Shown: one piece after another, positions 50,894-59,894 of the stretch
How the letters are laid out: each line of letters starts with the position of its first letter
Numbering within the stretch: the first letter of the stretch is position 1
NCBI GenBank assembly: GCA_963767835.1
Contig: CAVYFY010000029.1
Location: 40,871-104,870 of the forward strand
DNA: 64,000 nt
DNA from: an uncultured Planctomycetota bacterium
Lineage (GTDB): Bacteria > Planctomycetota > Planctomycetia > Gemmatales > Gemmataceae
Direction: 5' to 3'
Translations under genes and position numbers: made by a program
Notes under the pieces: model-generated
Seen by the model: only the letters and a program-made list of their open reading frames with translations
Told to the model about the DNA's origin: nothing
The model's database searches: none

Positions 50894-51256
50894 ATGATGA
50901 CGAAGAAACGCTTGGCCCTGATTGCCGTCCTGCCGCTCACGGTTGCCGTGATCCTTGGCGCGCTGGCGATGCTGCCGCCCCCTCCCGGCGTCACGAAGGC
51001 GAATTTTGACCGCATCCAAGACGGGATGACGAAAGCGGAAGTGGAAGAGATCTTCGGAACGGGACCAGCGTCGGGTTGGCGCGGCACGGAGGTCGAGGGC
51101 GAAACGTGGGGATGGTGGGAAGGCGAAGACGAACCGGGTGCTGAGATATCCTTTAACGACGAGCGAGTCAGCCGAAGGCTCTGGTTCTCCGATCCCAAAA
51201 TGGAAACTGTCCTCGCAAGGGTTCGTCGCTGGCTTCATCTTCCGAAGGGAAACTAG
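50894..51256 (+). CDS. small membrane-anchored BamE/SmpA-like protein, paralog of 30422..30781
   Basis: TM, then GVTKANFDRIQDGMTKAEVEEIFG, ending ...RRWLHLPKGN. Confidence 0.55.
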   Translation: MMTKKRLALIAVLPLTVAVILGALAMLPPPPGVTKANFDRIQDGMTKAEVEEIFGTGPASGWRGTEVEGETWGWWEGEDEPGAEISFNDERVSRRLWFSDPKMETVLARVRRWLHLPKGN

Positions 51257-51538
51257 CAAATCCCGGCGAATGCGTAGTAACCGTCTGCTACGTGTTCGGA
51301 ATCCATAGCAACGCGAGAATGCGTTGGTGTGGTTGTCGGCGTGAAACGAATCGACGCAATGCTTTGCTCGCAAGGGACTTCCTGCGTGAAAAATCATTTC
51401 ACGCCACCGCGTCTCGCCAAGATCGGCCCTTCCGCCTAAACGAAGATTTCATCATTCCCGCCTTGACGCCTCCCACCAACTCACTACGCTTAATCTTTTG
51501 TTTCGCACCTGCTCGCCTGAAGGTTGGTGCGTTCGCGA

Positions 51539-52414
51539 ATGAACGATGCCATACGCAAAGCTGAAACGCTCATCGAAGCGCTCGGCTACATTCGGCAATT
51601 CCGCAATCGCACCATCGTCATCAAGCTCGGCGGCAGCGCGATGGAGGAGCCTGATGCGCTACAGGCCACGCTGCAAGACATCATCTTCATGGCCACCGTC
51701 GGCTTGCGACCCATCGTCGTGCACGGCGGCGGTAAGCCGATCGACCGCGCGATGGCCGACTCCGGGCTGAAGCCTCGCAAGGTTCTGGGGCGGCGTTACA
51801 CCGATGACGAAACTTTGGCCATCGTCGTCCGCGTGCTACTCAAGGAGATCAATGCGGACCTCGAACAGCAAATTCGCCGGCTGGGGGGCCGCGCCATCGG
51901 ACCGCATCTCGGCTCATTGCCGTTGTTGTTTGGCGAAAAACTGATGCTGCCCGGCCCGGACGGCCAACCGATCGACCTGGGGCGCGTCGGCGCGGTGACG
52001 CGCATTGATGCCGAGTTGTTGGGCGACTTCTGCGAGGCGGGGATCATTCCGCTCATTCCGTCGCTGGCTTTGGACGAACAAGGCGGCTGGCTGAACGTCA
52101 ACGCCGACACCGCCGCCGCCGCCGTCGCCGCCCGCATGCAAGCCGAAAAGCTGGTGCTGATGACCGACACGCCCGGCATCTTGCTCGACCGCAAGAATCC
52201 CGATTCGCTCATCACGAGCATGAACGTGCAGCGCTGCCAGGAATTGATCCAGCAGAAAATCATCGAGGAAGGCATGATCCCCAAGGTAGAAGCGTGCTTC
52301 GAAGGTCTGCGCGCCGGCGTCAAGAAGACGCACATCATCGACGGCCGACTCCGCCATTCGCTCTTGCTCGAAATCTATACGCACCACGGCGTGGGGACAG
52401 AAATAGTCCGGTGA
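51539..52414 (+). CDS. argB: acetylglutamate kinase
   Basis: IVIKLGGSAM, VVHGGG, NVNADTAAAAVA, amino-acid-kinase fold. Confidence 0.85.
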   Translation: MNDAIRKAETLIEALGYIRQFRNRTIVIKLGGSAMEEPDALQATLQDIIFMATVGLRPIVVHGGGKPIDRAMADSGLKPRKVLGRRYTDDETLAIVVRVLLKEINADLEQQIRRLGGRAIGPHLGSLPLLFGEKLMLPGPDGQPIDLGRVGAVTRIDAELLGDFCEAGIIPLIPSLALDEQGGWLNVNADTAAAAVAARMQAEKLVLMTDTPGILLDRKNPDSLITSMNVQRCQELIQQKIIEEGMIPKVEACFEGLRAGVKKTHIIDGRLRHSLLLEIYTHHGVGTEIVR

Positions 52415-52420
52415 TTGCAA

Positions 52421-52494
52421 GCCCCAGGATAAGCGCAGCGTTGCTGGGGGTCGCGGGTTCTTAACCCCCAGGAACGCTGCGCTTATCCTGGGGC
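52421..52494. repeat. R3 palindrome (30-bp arms, 14-bp spacer) between argB and argD; half-copy at 5902-5932
   Basis: gccccaggataagcgcagcgttgctggggg tcgcgggttcttaa cccccaggaacgctgcgcttatcctggggc. Confidence 0.8.
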
Positions 52495-52507
52495 TTGCGG
52501 GTGCATT

Positions 52508-53699
52508 ATGACCTCCGCCGAGACCATTGAGATTTTCTCCAAATACGTCATCGGCAATTACCGCCGCTTTCCGGTGTGCCTGGTGCGCGGCGAGGGTTCG
52601 TACGTCTGGGACGCCGAGGGGACGCGCTATCTCGATTTCTTTCCGGGCTGGGGCTGCAACCTGCTCGGCCATTGCCCGCCGCGCGTGGTGGAGGCGGTGC
52701 GCCGAGCAGGTCGGCAAGCTCATTCACGCCCCGAACACCTGGTACATGGAGCCTCAAGGATTGCTCGCCAAGGCCCTCGTCGAACGCAGCGGCCTGGACG
52801 CTCAATGCTTTTTCTGCAACAGCGGCACCGAAGCGAACGAAGCGGCCATCAAACTTGCCCGGCTCAACGGCAAGCCGAACGGGCGCTACAAGATCATCAC
52901 GATGCTCAACAGTTTTCATGGCCGCACTTATGGAGCATTGAGCGCGACGGCTCAGCCGAAGTATCACAAGGGCGTCGAGCCAATGCTGGCGGGGTTCCAG
53001 TACGCCCCGTTCGGCGATCTCGATGCGGCCACCCGGCTCGTCGATGCCGAGACCTGCGCGATCCTGATCGAGCCGATCCAGGGCGAAGGGGGCGTCAATC
53101 TTCCGCCGCCCGGCTATCTCGAGGGTTTGCGGGCCCTTTGCGACAAGCATGGCCTGATGCTGATCTTCGACGAAGTGCAGACGGGCATGGGTCGTACCGG
53201 GACCTGGTACGCCTTCCAGAATTTTGCTGTCGAGCCTGATGCGATCACGCTGGCGAAAGCGCTGGCGGGCGGCATCGCTTGCGGCGGGCTATTGGCGAAG
53301 AAACCGTTTGCCGAGAAGCTGGTTCCCGGCACGCACGCGGCAACCTTCGGCGGCAACCCGATTGCCTGCGCCGCCGCCCTCGCCGCCATCGAGACGATTG
53401 AAGGAGACGATCTGCTGCCGGGGGCCACGCACATTGCCGACGCGTTCCGTGCCCGCTTCGAAGCGCTGCAAAAGCGTTCGCCCTTGATTCAGCAAATTCG
53501 CATCAAGGGAACGATGATCGGCATCGAGCTGTCCATCGACGGCACGCCTATCGTCGATGAATGCCTGAAGCGCCGGCTGCTCATCAATTGCACGCACGGC
53601 AATGTGCTGCGCCTTTTGCCCGCGCTCAACCTCCCCGACGACGCGCTGCAAGCCGGCTGCGACATCATCGACGAAGTGTTGCAGTTGCAAAAAGTGTAA
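52508..53699 (+). CDS. argD: acetylornithine aminotransferase (class III PLP); 1-nt frame break near 52700
   Basis: [24 protein letters not shown], then [15 protein letters not shown]... in the next frame; [13 protein letters not shown]; [11 protein letters not shown]; T-F-G-G-N-P. Confidence 0.8.
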
Positions 53700-53703
53700 T
53701 GAG

Positions 53704-53823
53704 AAATGCGAATCACGAAAACACGAAAGGATGAAACACCTAACATTAGCGCCTGGCAATTCCCAGCAAGCCCTCGCGCAGGTTTCGTGTTTTCGTACTT
53801 TCGTGTTTTCGTGATTCGCATTT
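53704..53823. repeat. AT-rich 26-bp perfect inverted repeat flanking a 68-bp spacer between argD and argF
   Basis: aaatgcgaatcacgaaaacacgaaag ... ctttcgtgttttcgtgattcgcattt, with an internal direct repeat cgtgttttcgt(a/g). Confidence 0.75.
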
Positions 53824-53875
53824 GAATTCTTATCTCGATGTCTTGCCGCCAATGACTCGGACCGGAGAAACTGTG

Positions 53876-54787
53876 ATGCCGCATTTCATTGACCTGCTCG
53901 ACTGGGACGGTGAGCAAATCCTCAAGCTGCTCAAAGAAGCGGCACGCCTGAAGAAGGCCCACGCCAAGGGCAAACACAAATTGCGTCTGGCGGGCAAGGT
54001 CCTCGGCATGATCTTCGAGAAGCCATCGCTGCGCACGCGCGTCAGCTTCCAGGCCGGCATGGCTCAACTCGGCGGGCAGGCGGTTTTCCTCAACGGCAAG
54101 GAGGCGGGACTGGGCAAGCGCGAGAGCCTAGCCGACATCGCCCGCACGATTTGCGAATACGTCGATGCCATCGTCCTGCGCACTTTCCAGCACGAGAACG
54201 TCGTCGAATTCGCTCGCTGGTCGAGCAAGCCGGTCATCAATGGCCTGTCCGATTATTATCATCCCTGCCAGGCGCTCGGCGATCTCCTGACCGTGCGCGA
54301 ATGCTGCGGCGATCTGGAAGGCAAAACCATCGCCTTCGTCGGCGACGGCAACAACGTCGCCCGCTCCCTCGCCGTCGCTTGCGGCAAGGTCGGCATGCGC
54401 TTCATCCTGGCCGCCCCGCCGAGCTATCGGTTCGATCGGCCCTTCCTCAAGGCGTATCAAGAGCACGTGAATGGCCGACTCGAGGAAACCGACGATCCGG
54501 TCAAGGCCGTTGCCGACGCGGATGTGATTTACACCGATGTCTGGGCGAGCATGGGCCAGGAAGGGGAAGCGAAGACCCGAGGCAAGCACTTCGAGGCGTA
54601 CCAGGTGAACGCGGAGCTGTTGAAAGCCGCGCCGAAGGGGGTGAAGGTGATGCACTGCTTGCCGGCCCATCGCGGCGAGGAAATCACCGACGAGGTGCTC
54701 GACGGCCCGCAGTCGGTCGCCTTCCCCCAAGCCGGCAACCGCATGCACGCGCAGATGGCGCTGTTGGCGTGGGCCATGGAGGCCTAA
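53876..54787 (+). CDS. argF: ornithine carbamoyltransferase
   Basis: SLRTRVSFQ (STRTR), HPCQALGD, HCLPAHRGEE motifs. Confidence 0.85.
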   Translation: MPHFIDLLDWDGEQILKLLKEAARLKKAHAKGKHKLRLAGKVLGMIFEKPSLRTRVSFQAGMAQLGGQAVFLNGKEAGLGKRESLADIARTICEYVDAIVLRTFQHENVVEFARWSSKPVINGLSDYYHPCQALGDLLTVRECCGDLEGKTIAFVGDGNNVARSLAVACGKVGMRFILAAPPSYRFDRPFLKAYQEHVNGRLEETDDPVKAVADADVIYTDVWASMGQEGEAKTRGKHFEAYQVNAELLKAAPKGVKVMHCLPAHRGEEITDEVLDGPQSVAFPQAGNRMHAQMALLAWAMEA

Positions 54788-55502
54788 TCCTTCGCTTTAG
54801 ATGAGCGCAGCTTGGCGGCCAGCTTCGTGACGAACGCCGCATGCTCGGACGATGCCAACCCCTGGTGCAGGACCGCAAGCACGCGCTTGCCGTCGCGTTT
54901 CAGGAACGCCTCCGCATCGAGCCAAAGCCCGGGAAACACCTCGGAGCGCAGGATCCCGTCCGGTCCGGCGCAAGGTCCTTGAACTTCCCGCGGCGACGGA
55001 CAAACCAGAACAGTTGCTTCGTTCGCAAGGCAGCTACCATGTATTCGCGGACGCCGGCCTTTTCATAATCGTGCTTCTTGCGACCCAGATCAATGGATTC
55101 GCTGCTATCGCTGACCTCGCCGACCCATTCGGGCGCGCCATTGACGTAGCCTTTTTCATCCTCCCATACTTGGCCGCCACATTCGGGCAAGATGAACAAG
55201 CAACCGTCCGGCTGCAGCTCGCTATCCGAGCCAAGAATGTTTGTCGCGTTTGCCAGCGCCTCCGTGCCTGGGGTGGCGTCCTCGTACCCCGAAATCCATT
55301 GAATTAAGTGCACATCCGAACGCGCGTGCTTGCGTTTGAGCGGCGACGACATGAAGACAATCCCTCCAATCAACTCCGCACGCACGTACGGCGGCATGGC
55401 CTCGTAGCGGTCGTGAAACGTCTTCTGGTCGAGATGGTCGCCGTTCACCAACGGCGGAGTCTCTTGCTTTGGCGCCTTCTTGCGTCGCTGAACGGCAATC
55501 AT
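54784..55502 (-). CDS. Uma2-family (DUF820) PD-(D/E)XK endonuclease-like protein; frame break near 54960-55000
   Basis: FHDRYEAMPPYVRAELIGGIVFMSSP, PDGCLFILPE, EVSDSSESIDLGRKKHDYEKAGVREY; C-terminus recovered in the adjacent frame (ILRSEVFPGLWLDAEAFL...). Stop codons overlap argF convergently. Confidence 0.65.
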
Positions 55503-55617
55503 GGTCGTCTCCTCGTTTTGCCTTCGCATTATATCACGGCGTCCTCGCACCGTAAATGCAACGCGGAAAAGCGAATTCCTTTGACCGCATGCATGCCGAT
55601 CCGCTATCCTAAAACAC

Positions 55618-58146
55618 ATGAGAAAATTCCTGTTGCTCGCCGTTGGCCTGGCATTCCTGAGAATCAATTCGGCCACCTTCGCGCAGCCCGCGAAAAGGCC
55701 CCCCGAACCGGTCGGCGCCGATCATGCTGAGAAGATGGTCAAGGGGCTCGACCTTTTCAAAAAGCACGTCAAGCCGATCTTCGAATCGAAGTGCCTGCGC
55801 TGTCACGGCGGCAAGAAGATCGAATCCGATTTCGATCTCAGCGACCGCGAAGGATTGCTCAAGGGCGGCCAGATCGGCAACTCCGTCGTCCCCGGCAAAA
55901 GCAAGGAAAGCCAGCTCGTCAAGCTCATCACGCATGCCAAAGAACCGCACATGCCGCACGATGGCGTGAAGCTGCCCGACGCGGCGATTGCGCGCATCGT
56001 CGAATGGATCGATCTGGGGGCGCCTTACGACAATCCGCTGGTGGCGTCGAAGCTCAAGGGGAAATCGTGGACCGAGCGCACACTTCCGGCGAGCGCCAAG
56101 CAATGGTGGGCGTTCGAGCCGCTCGTCACGGCCGATCCGCCCGCGGTCATGAACGGCGCCTGGTGCAAGACGCCGATTGATCGCTTCATCCTGGCCAAGC
56201 TGGAGGACGCCAAAATCACGCCGAATTCGCCAGCGAGCCGGCAGCAGTTAATTCGCCGGGCGTATTTCGACCTGATCGGCCTGCCGCCGACGCCGGAAGA
56301 GGTGCAAGCATTTGTCAACGATTCTGCTACGCACCAAGCGGCATGGGAGAAGGTGATCGACAAGCTGCTTGCCAGTCCGCATTACGGCGAACGCTGGGGT
56401 CGGCACTGGCTTGACCTGGCCCGTTTTGCCGAGAGCCACGGTTTCGAGCACGATACCGATCGGCCGACCGCGTATCACTATCGCGATTTCGTCATCGAGG
56501 CGCTCAACCAGGATTTGCCGTTCGACACCTTCGTCAAGTGGCAGATCGCCGGCGATGAATTTGCGCCGAACAATCCGCTCGCCGTCAAGGCGACCGGCTT
56601 CCTCGCGGCCGGCGTTCATTCGACGCAGATCACCAAGAGCGAAGTCGAGAAGCACCGCTACGACGAGATGGACGACAAGCTCAACACTGTCAGCACCGCG
56701 TTCCTCGGCCTGACCGTCGGTTGTGCTCGCTGCCACGATCACAAGTACGACCCGATCCCGCAGCGCGATTATTATCGGATGCTGGCGACGTTCACGACGA
56801 CGGTGCGCAGCGAGGTCGAGGTCAAGCCGGCGCCTACGGAACATGCCAAAGCGAAGGCGGCGTTCGACGTGGCGCATCAACAGCTGGTGCAAAAAGCGGA
56901 GCAAAATGCCAGGGAACAATTGCCTGCGAAGCTGGCGGATTGGGAGAAGGGCGCCGGTGCCAAGGCGAAGATTCCGGCCAACGTCGTCGCCGTATTGAAG
57001 ATTCCGGTCGAGGAGCGCAAGCCGGAACAGCAGGCGGAATTGCTCAAATGGTATCGCACGATCGATCCGGAAGCGAAAAAACTCGATCAGCAGATTCAAG
57101 CGCACGCCAAGCAAGCGCCGCCGATTCCGAAAATGCTCATCGCCACCGAAGGCTTGCCGGCAGTTCGGCTGTTCACGCAGGGGGACGATTTCTTCCCCGA
57201 GACCTACTTCCTGCGCCGCGGCGATCCCGCCAACAAGGAAGGCGCCGCAAAGCAGAGCTTTCTGCAAGTGCTGATGCCGACGCCCGATGCCCAGAAGCGC
57301 TGGCAGACCGCGCCGCCGCCGGGATGGCGCACCTCGTATCGGCGCCGGGCGTTCGCCGATTGGCTCACCGATGTCGATCACGGCGCCGGCCGACTGTTGG
57401 CGCGCGTCATCGTCAATCGCCTCTGGCAGCATCACCTGGGCCGCGGCATCGTTGCCACGCCGAGCGATTTCGGCATCCGCGGCGATCGGCCCACGCATCC
57501 GGAATTGCTCGATCACCTTGCCGACGAACTGATCAAAAGCGGCTGGAAATTGAAAGCCATCCACAAGCAGATCATGCTCAGCGCCGTCTATCAGGAAAGC
57601 ACGCTAGTGGACGAGGCCAAGGTCAAGCTCGACCGCGACAACAAGCTTTACTGGCGGCAACCGGCGCGCCGCCTCGAAGCCGAGATCATCCGCGACGCCA
57701 TCCTCAGCGTCAGCGGCGAACTCGATCCGAAGATGTTCGGCCCCGGCACGCTCGATGAAAAGAGCAAACGCCGCAGCATTTACTTCACGGTCAAACGCTC
57801 GAAACTGATGCCGATGATGGTGATCTTCGACGCCCCGGAAGCCTTGAGCGGCATGGCCGAGCGTCCGACCACGACGATCGCGCCGCAAGCTCTGCACATG
57901 CTCAACAACCCGCAAGTCCGGCAAGCCGCTAAGGGTTTCGCCCGGCGCATCGCTCCCAATCCGACCACGTCGCTGGAGGACGCGGTCCGCACCGGCTACC
58001 AGATCGCCGTCGCCCGCCAGCCCGACCGCGATGAATTGGCCGACGGGGTCGCGTTTCATCCGGACACAGATGGCGACCTATCCGGAGAACCAGCGCCGCG
58101 AGTCTGCGTTGGCGGATTTCTGCCAGGTGCTGATGTGTTTGAATGA
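55618..58146 (+). CDS. PSCyt1/PSCyt2(DUF1549)/PSD1(DUF1553) planctomycete cytochrome c protein, intact
   Basis: Signal peptide, CLRCHGG, DUF1549 and DUF1553 blocks colinear with 27698..30123 but without the R1 insert. Confidence 0.8.
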   Translation: MRKFLLLAVGLAFLRINSATFAQPAKRPPEPVGADHAEKMVKGLDLFKKHVKPIFESKCLRCHGGKKIESDFDLSDREGLLKGGQIGNSVVPGKSKESQLVKLITHAKEPHMPHDGVKLPDAAIARIVEWIDLGAPYDNPLVASKLKGKSWTERTLPASAKQWWAFEPLVTADPPAVMNGAWCKTPIDRFILAKLEDAKITPNSPASRQQLIRRAYFDLIGLPPTPEEVQAFVNDSATHQAAWEKVIDKLLASPHYGERWGRHWLDLARFAESHGFEHDTDRPTAYHYRDFVIEALNQDLPFDTFVKWQIAGDEFAPNNPLAVKATGFLAAGVHSTQITKSEVEKHRYDEMDDKLNTVSTAFLGLTVGCARCHDHKYDPIPQRDYYRMLATFTTTVRSEVEVKPAPTEHAKAKAAFDVAHQQLVQKAEQNAREQLPAKLADWEKGAGAKAKIPANVVAVLKIPVEERKPEQQAELLKWYRTIDPEAKKLDQQIQAHAKQAPPIPKMLIATEGLPAVRLFTQGDDFFPETYFLRRGDPANKEGAAKQSFLQVLMPTPDAQKRWQTAPPPGWRTSYRRRAFADWLTDVDHGAGRLLARVIVNRLWQHHLGRGIVATPSDFGIRGDRPTHPELLDHLADELIKSGWKLKAIHKQIMLSAVYQESTLVDEAKVKLDRDNKLYWRQPARRLEAEIIRDAILSVSGELDPKMFGPGTLDEKSKRRSIYFTVKRSKLMPMMVIFDAPEALSGMAERPTTTIAPQALHMLNNPQVRQAAKGFARRIAPNPTTSLEDAVRTGYQIAVARQPDRDELADGVAFHPDTDGDLSGEPAPRVCVGGFLPGADVFE

Positions 58147-58174
58147 GTTCATTTATGTGGATTGAGTGCCGTGC

Positions 58175-58205
58175 AGCTACCCACGTACCCAACAGCCGTG
58201 GGTAG
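58175..58205 (+). terminator. hairpin (10-bp stem, 11-nt loop) 29 nt after the PSD1 stop
   Basis: gctacccacg tacccaacagc cgtgggtagc. Confidence 0.4.
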
Positions 58206-58362
58206 CTCGAATTGCGAAAAGCCCTGGATTTTCCGCGATTCCTGGGCACGTACCCACGAACGCGGGGGAGAGAGGTAGGCGCTGTTTTCGTCAGAGCATC
58301 CGTGTTCCGCGCGGAACATCTGCATGCAGTGCTGAGCTTGACATTCCTCTGGAGTCTTCAAC

Positions 58363-59367
58363 ATGAGCCTGACGAGCTTCCTCGCGATGCCCGATGTAAA
58401 AGCCAAGTTGAAGCCATTTCGTCCACCGCCGCCTCGGAAGATTGGCGCGCCCATAAAGGTCGCATATCGAGCCAAAGACCACCCTACGGCAATTGGCACT
58501 GCCTTCGATTACCTCATGCGCTTTGAACTCGAACGCCGCGCTCCGCATCTCGCAAATGAACACGGTCAATGGATTGCGGAGAACGCTCCGCGTCTCATCA
58601 AGAGAGCGAATTTGTCGGGCGGCAATCCTACAGAAATTGAGGTGAAGGCAGCTACAACACTTACCCACGCTCGGGAATTATGGAGAGCCCATATTGGCAA
58701 CAAAAACCCGAGCCGCGCTGACATGGAATCGTTGGCGAGCTACACAGTGAGGCTAGCCAAACTTGATTCAGTGTTTCGCGCGCTATACCTGCCCTCCCAT
58801 TACGACAACGTGGATTCCGAGAGTGTCGCCGAGCTACTGGACTTGCTGGCAATCATTCCCTGGCACGAGTTGGTCCGGTCCGAAATACTGCTTAACCCGA
58901 CCTTCCCAGCCTCCAACCATGTGGGTGGAGCAGACGGGGATTTAATCACAGGCGACATGCTTGTGGATTTCAAGACGGTGAGCAAAGACATCCACAATAC
59001 CGACTCCTTCGACCAACTTCTCGGCTATTACCTGCTTGCCAACCATTACCCAGGCGATACGCACCAAATTATTTCTTTTCCGAAGATTAACAGGGTTGCA
59101 ATCTATTATTCTCGCCATGGGCACCTCTGGTCCTTGGACACATCCTTCTGGACGGAGCAATGCGGATTTCCAGAGCTCAAGGAATGGTTCTACTCGCATG
59201 CGAAGAGATTTGTTCCAAACCCCGTGCTTCACGGGCGAGATCAAAAGGGCCAGCTGACCATTGTGGCCGAGATGAGCGCGGCGAGTTTAGCAAAGCCGAA
59301 GGAGAAGCGAAAACCGAAGAAAAAGCCGCTGGGAACAACGCGTGGTGAAGCCGAGGAAAAAGAGTGA
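58363..59367 (+). CDS. PD-(D/E)XK nuclease-fold protein (restriction-endonuclease-like), low-GC islet
   Basis: GGADGDLITGDMLVDFKTV fits the D...(D/E)xK core. Lys-rich C-terminal tail. Local GC is clearly below the flanks. Confidence 0.5.
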   Translation: MSLTSFLAMPDVKAKLKPFRPPPPRKIGAPIKVAYRAKDHPTAIGTAFDYLMRFELERRAPHLANEHGQWIAENAPRLIKRANLSGGNPTEIEVKAATTLTHARELWRAHIGNKNPSRADMESLASYTVRLAKLDSVFRALYLPSHYDNVDSESVAELLDLLAIIPWHELVRSEILLNPTFPASNHVGGADGDLITGDMLVDFKTVSKDIHNTDSFDQLLGYYLLANHYPGDTHQIISFPKINRVAIYYSRHGHLWSLDTSFWTEQCGFPELKEWFYSHAKRFVPNPVLHGRDQKGQLTIVAEMSAASLAKPKEKRKPKKKPLGTTRGEAEEKE

Positions 59368-59487
59368 ATGAAATCGAGGTCAGTGGGAGCGACTCTGCCA
59401 ATCCCGGCGCGGATGCGGCAGAATTGGTCAAGAGGATTCTGCCGCGGCGAAATGACTTATTGAAAAAACGAGTTCCTGAGGAGCGTC

Positions 59488-59805
59488 ATGATTCTACCCG
59501 ATTTCCTTGTTCAGGACGCCGACGGCTTTATCCACCTTGCCGGCCATCGCATCGGTTTGCAAGACATCGCGTATTACTACAACGAGGGTTATTCCGCCGA
59601 GGACTTATGCGAGATTTTCCCGACGCTGCCGTTGGTTCTCGTCCATAAGCTGCTCGTCTTTTATCTCGAAAATACCGCGGAAGTGGAGACCTATATCGCG
59701 ACGTGTGAGACCGAGATGGACCGGCAACGAGCGGCGGCGACACGGGGGCCGGAGCTGACGGAGTTGCGCCGCCGGCTCGCCGCCAAACAAGCGGCTGGGG
59801 TGTAG
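59488..59805 (+). CDS. DUF433 domain protein (antitoxin-like partner of DUF5615/PIN-like toxins)
   Basis: HLAGHRIGLQDIAYYYNEGYSAEDLCEIFPTLPLVLVHKLLVFYLEN matches the DUF433 pattern. Confidence 0.55.
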   Translation: MILPDFLVQDADGFIHLAGHRIGLQDIAYYYNEGYSAEDLCEIFPTLPLVLVHKLLVFYLENTAEVETYIATCETEMDRQRAAATRGPELTELRRRLAAKQAAGV

Positions 59806-59807
59806 CC

Positions 59808-59894
59808 ATGGCGCTGCGGTTCGTGCTGGACGAAAACCAGCTCAGCTTGATCCGGAAGGATTGTGATGCATGCGTCTATTCCGCTGGGCCCTGA
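59808..59894 (+). pseudogene. truncated DUF5615-like toxin remnant (28 codons) 2 nt after the DUF433 stop
   Basis: MALRFVLDENQLSLIRKD... matches the DUF5615 N-terminus (M.RFLLDENL) and then stops, overlapping the next gene. Confidence 0.45.

Noticed and set aside
59364-59648. 94-aa ORF overlapping the DUF433 gene
   Set aside because: Out-of-frame overlap with a gene that has a recognisable domain, plus a low-complexity Arg-rich translation.
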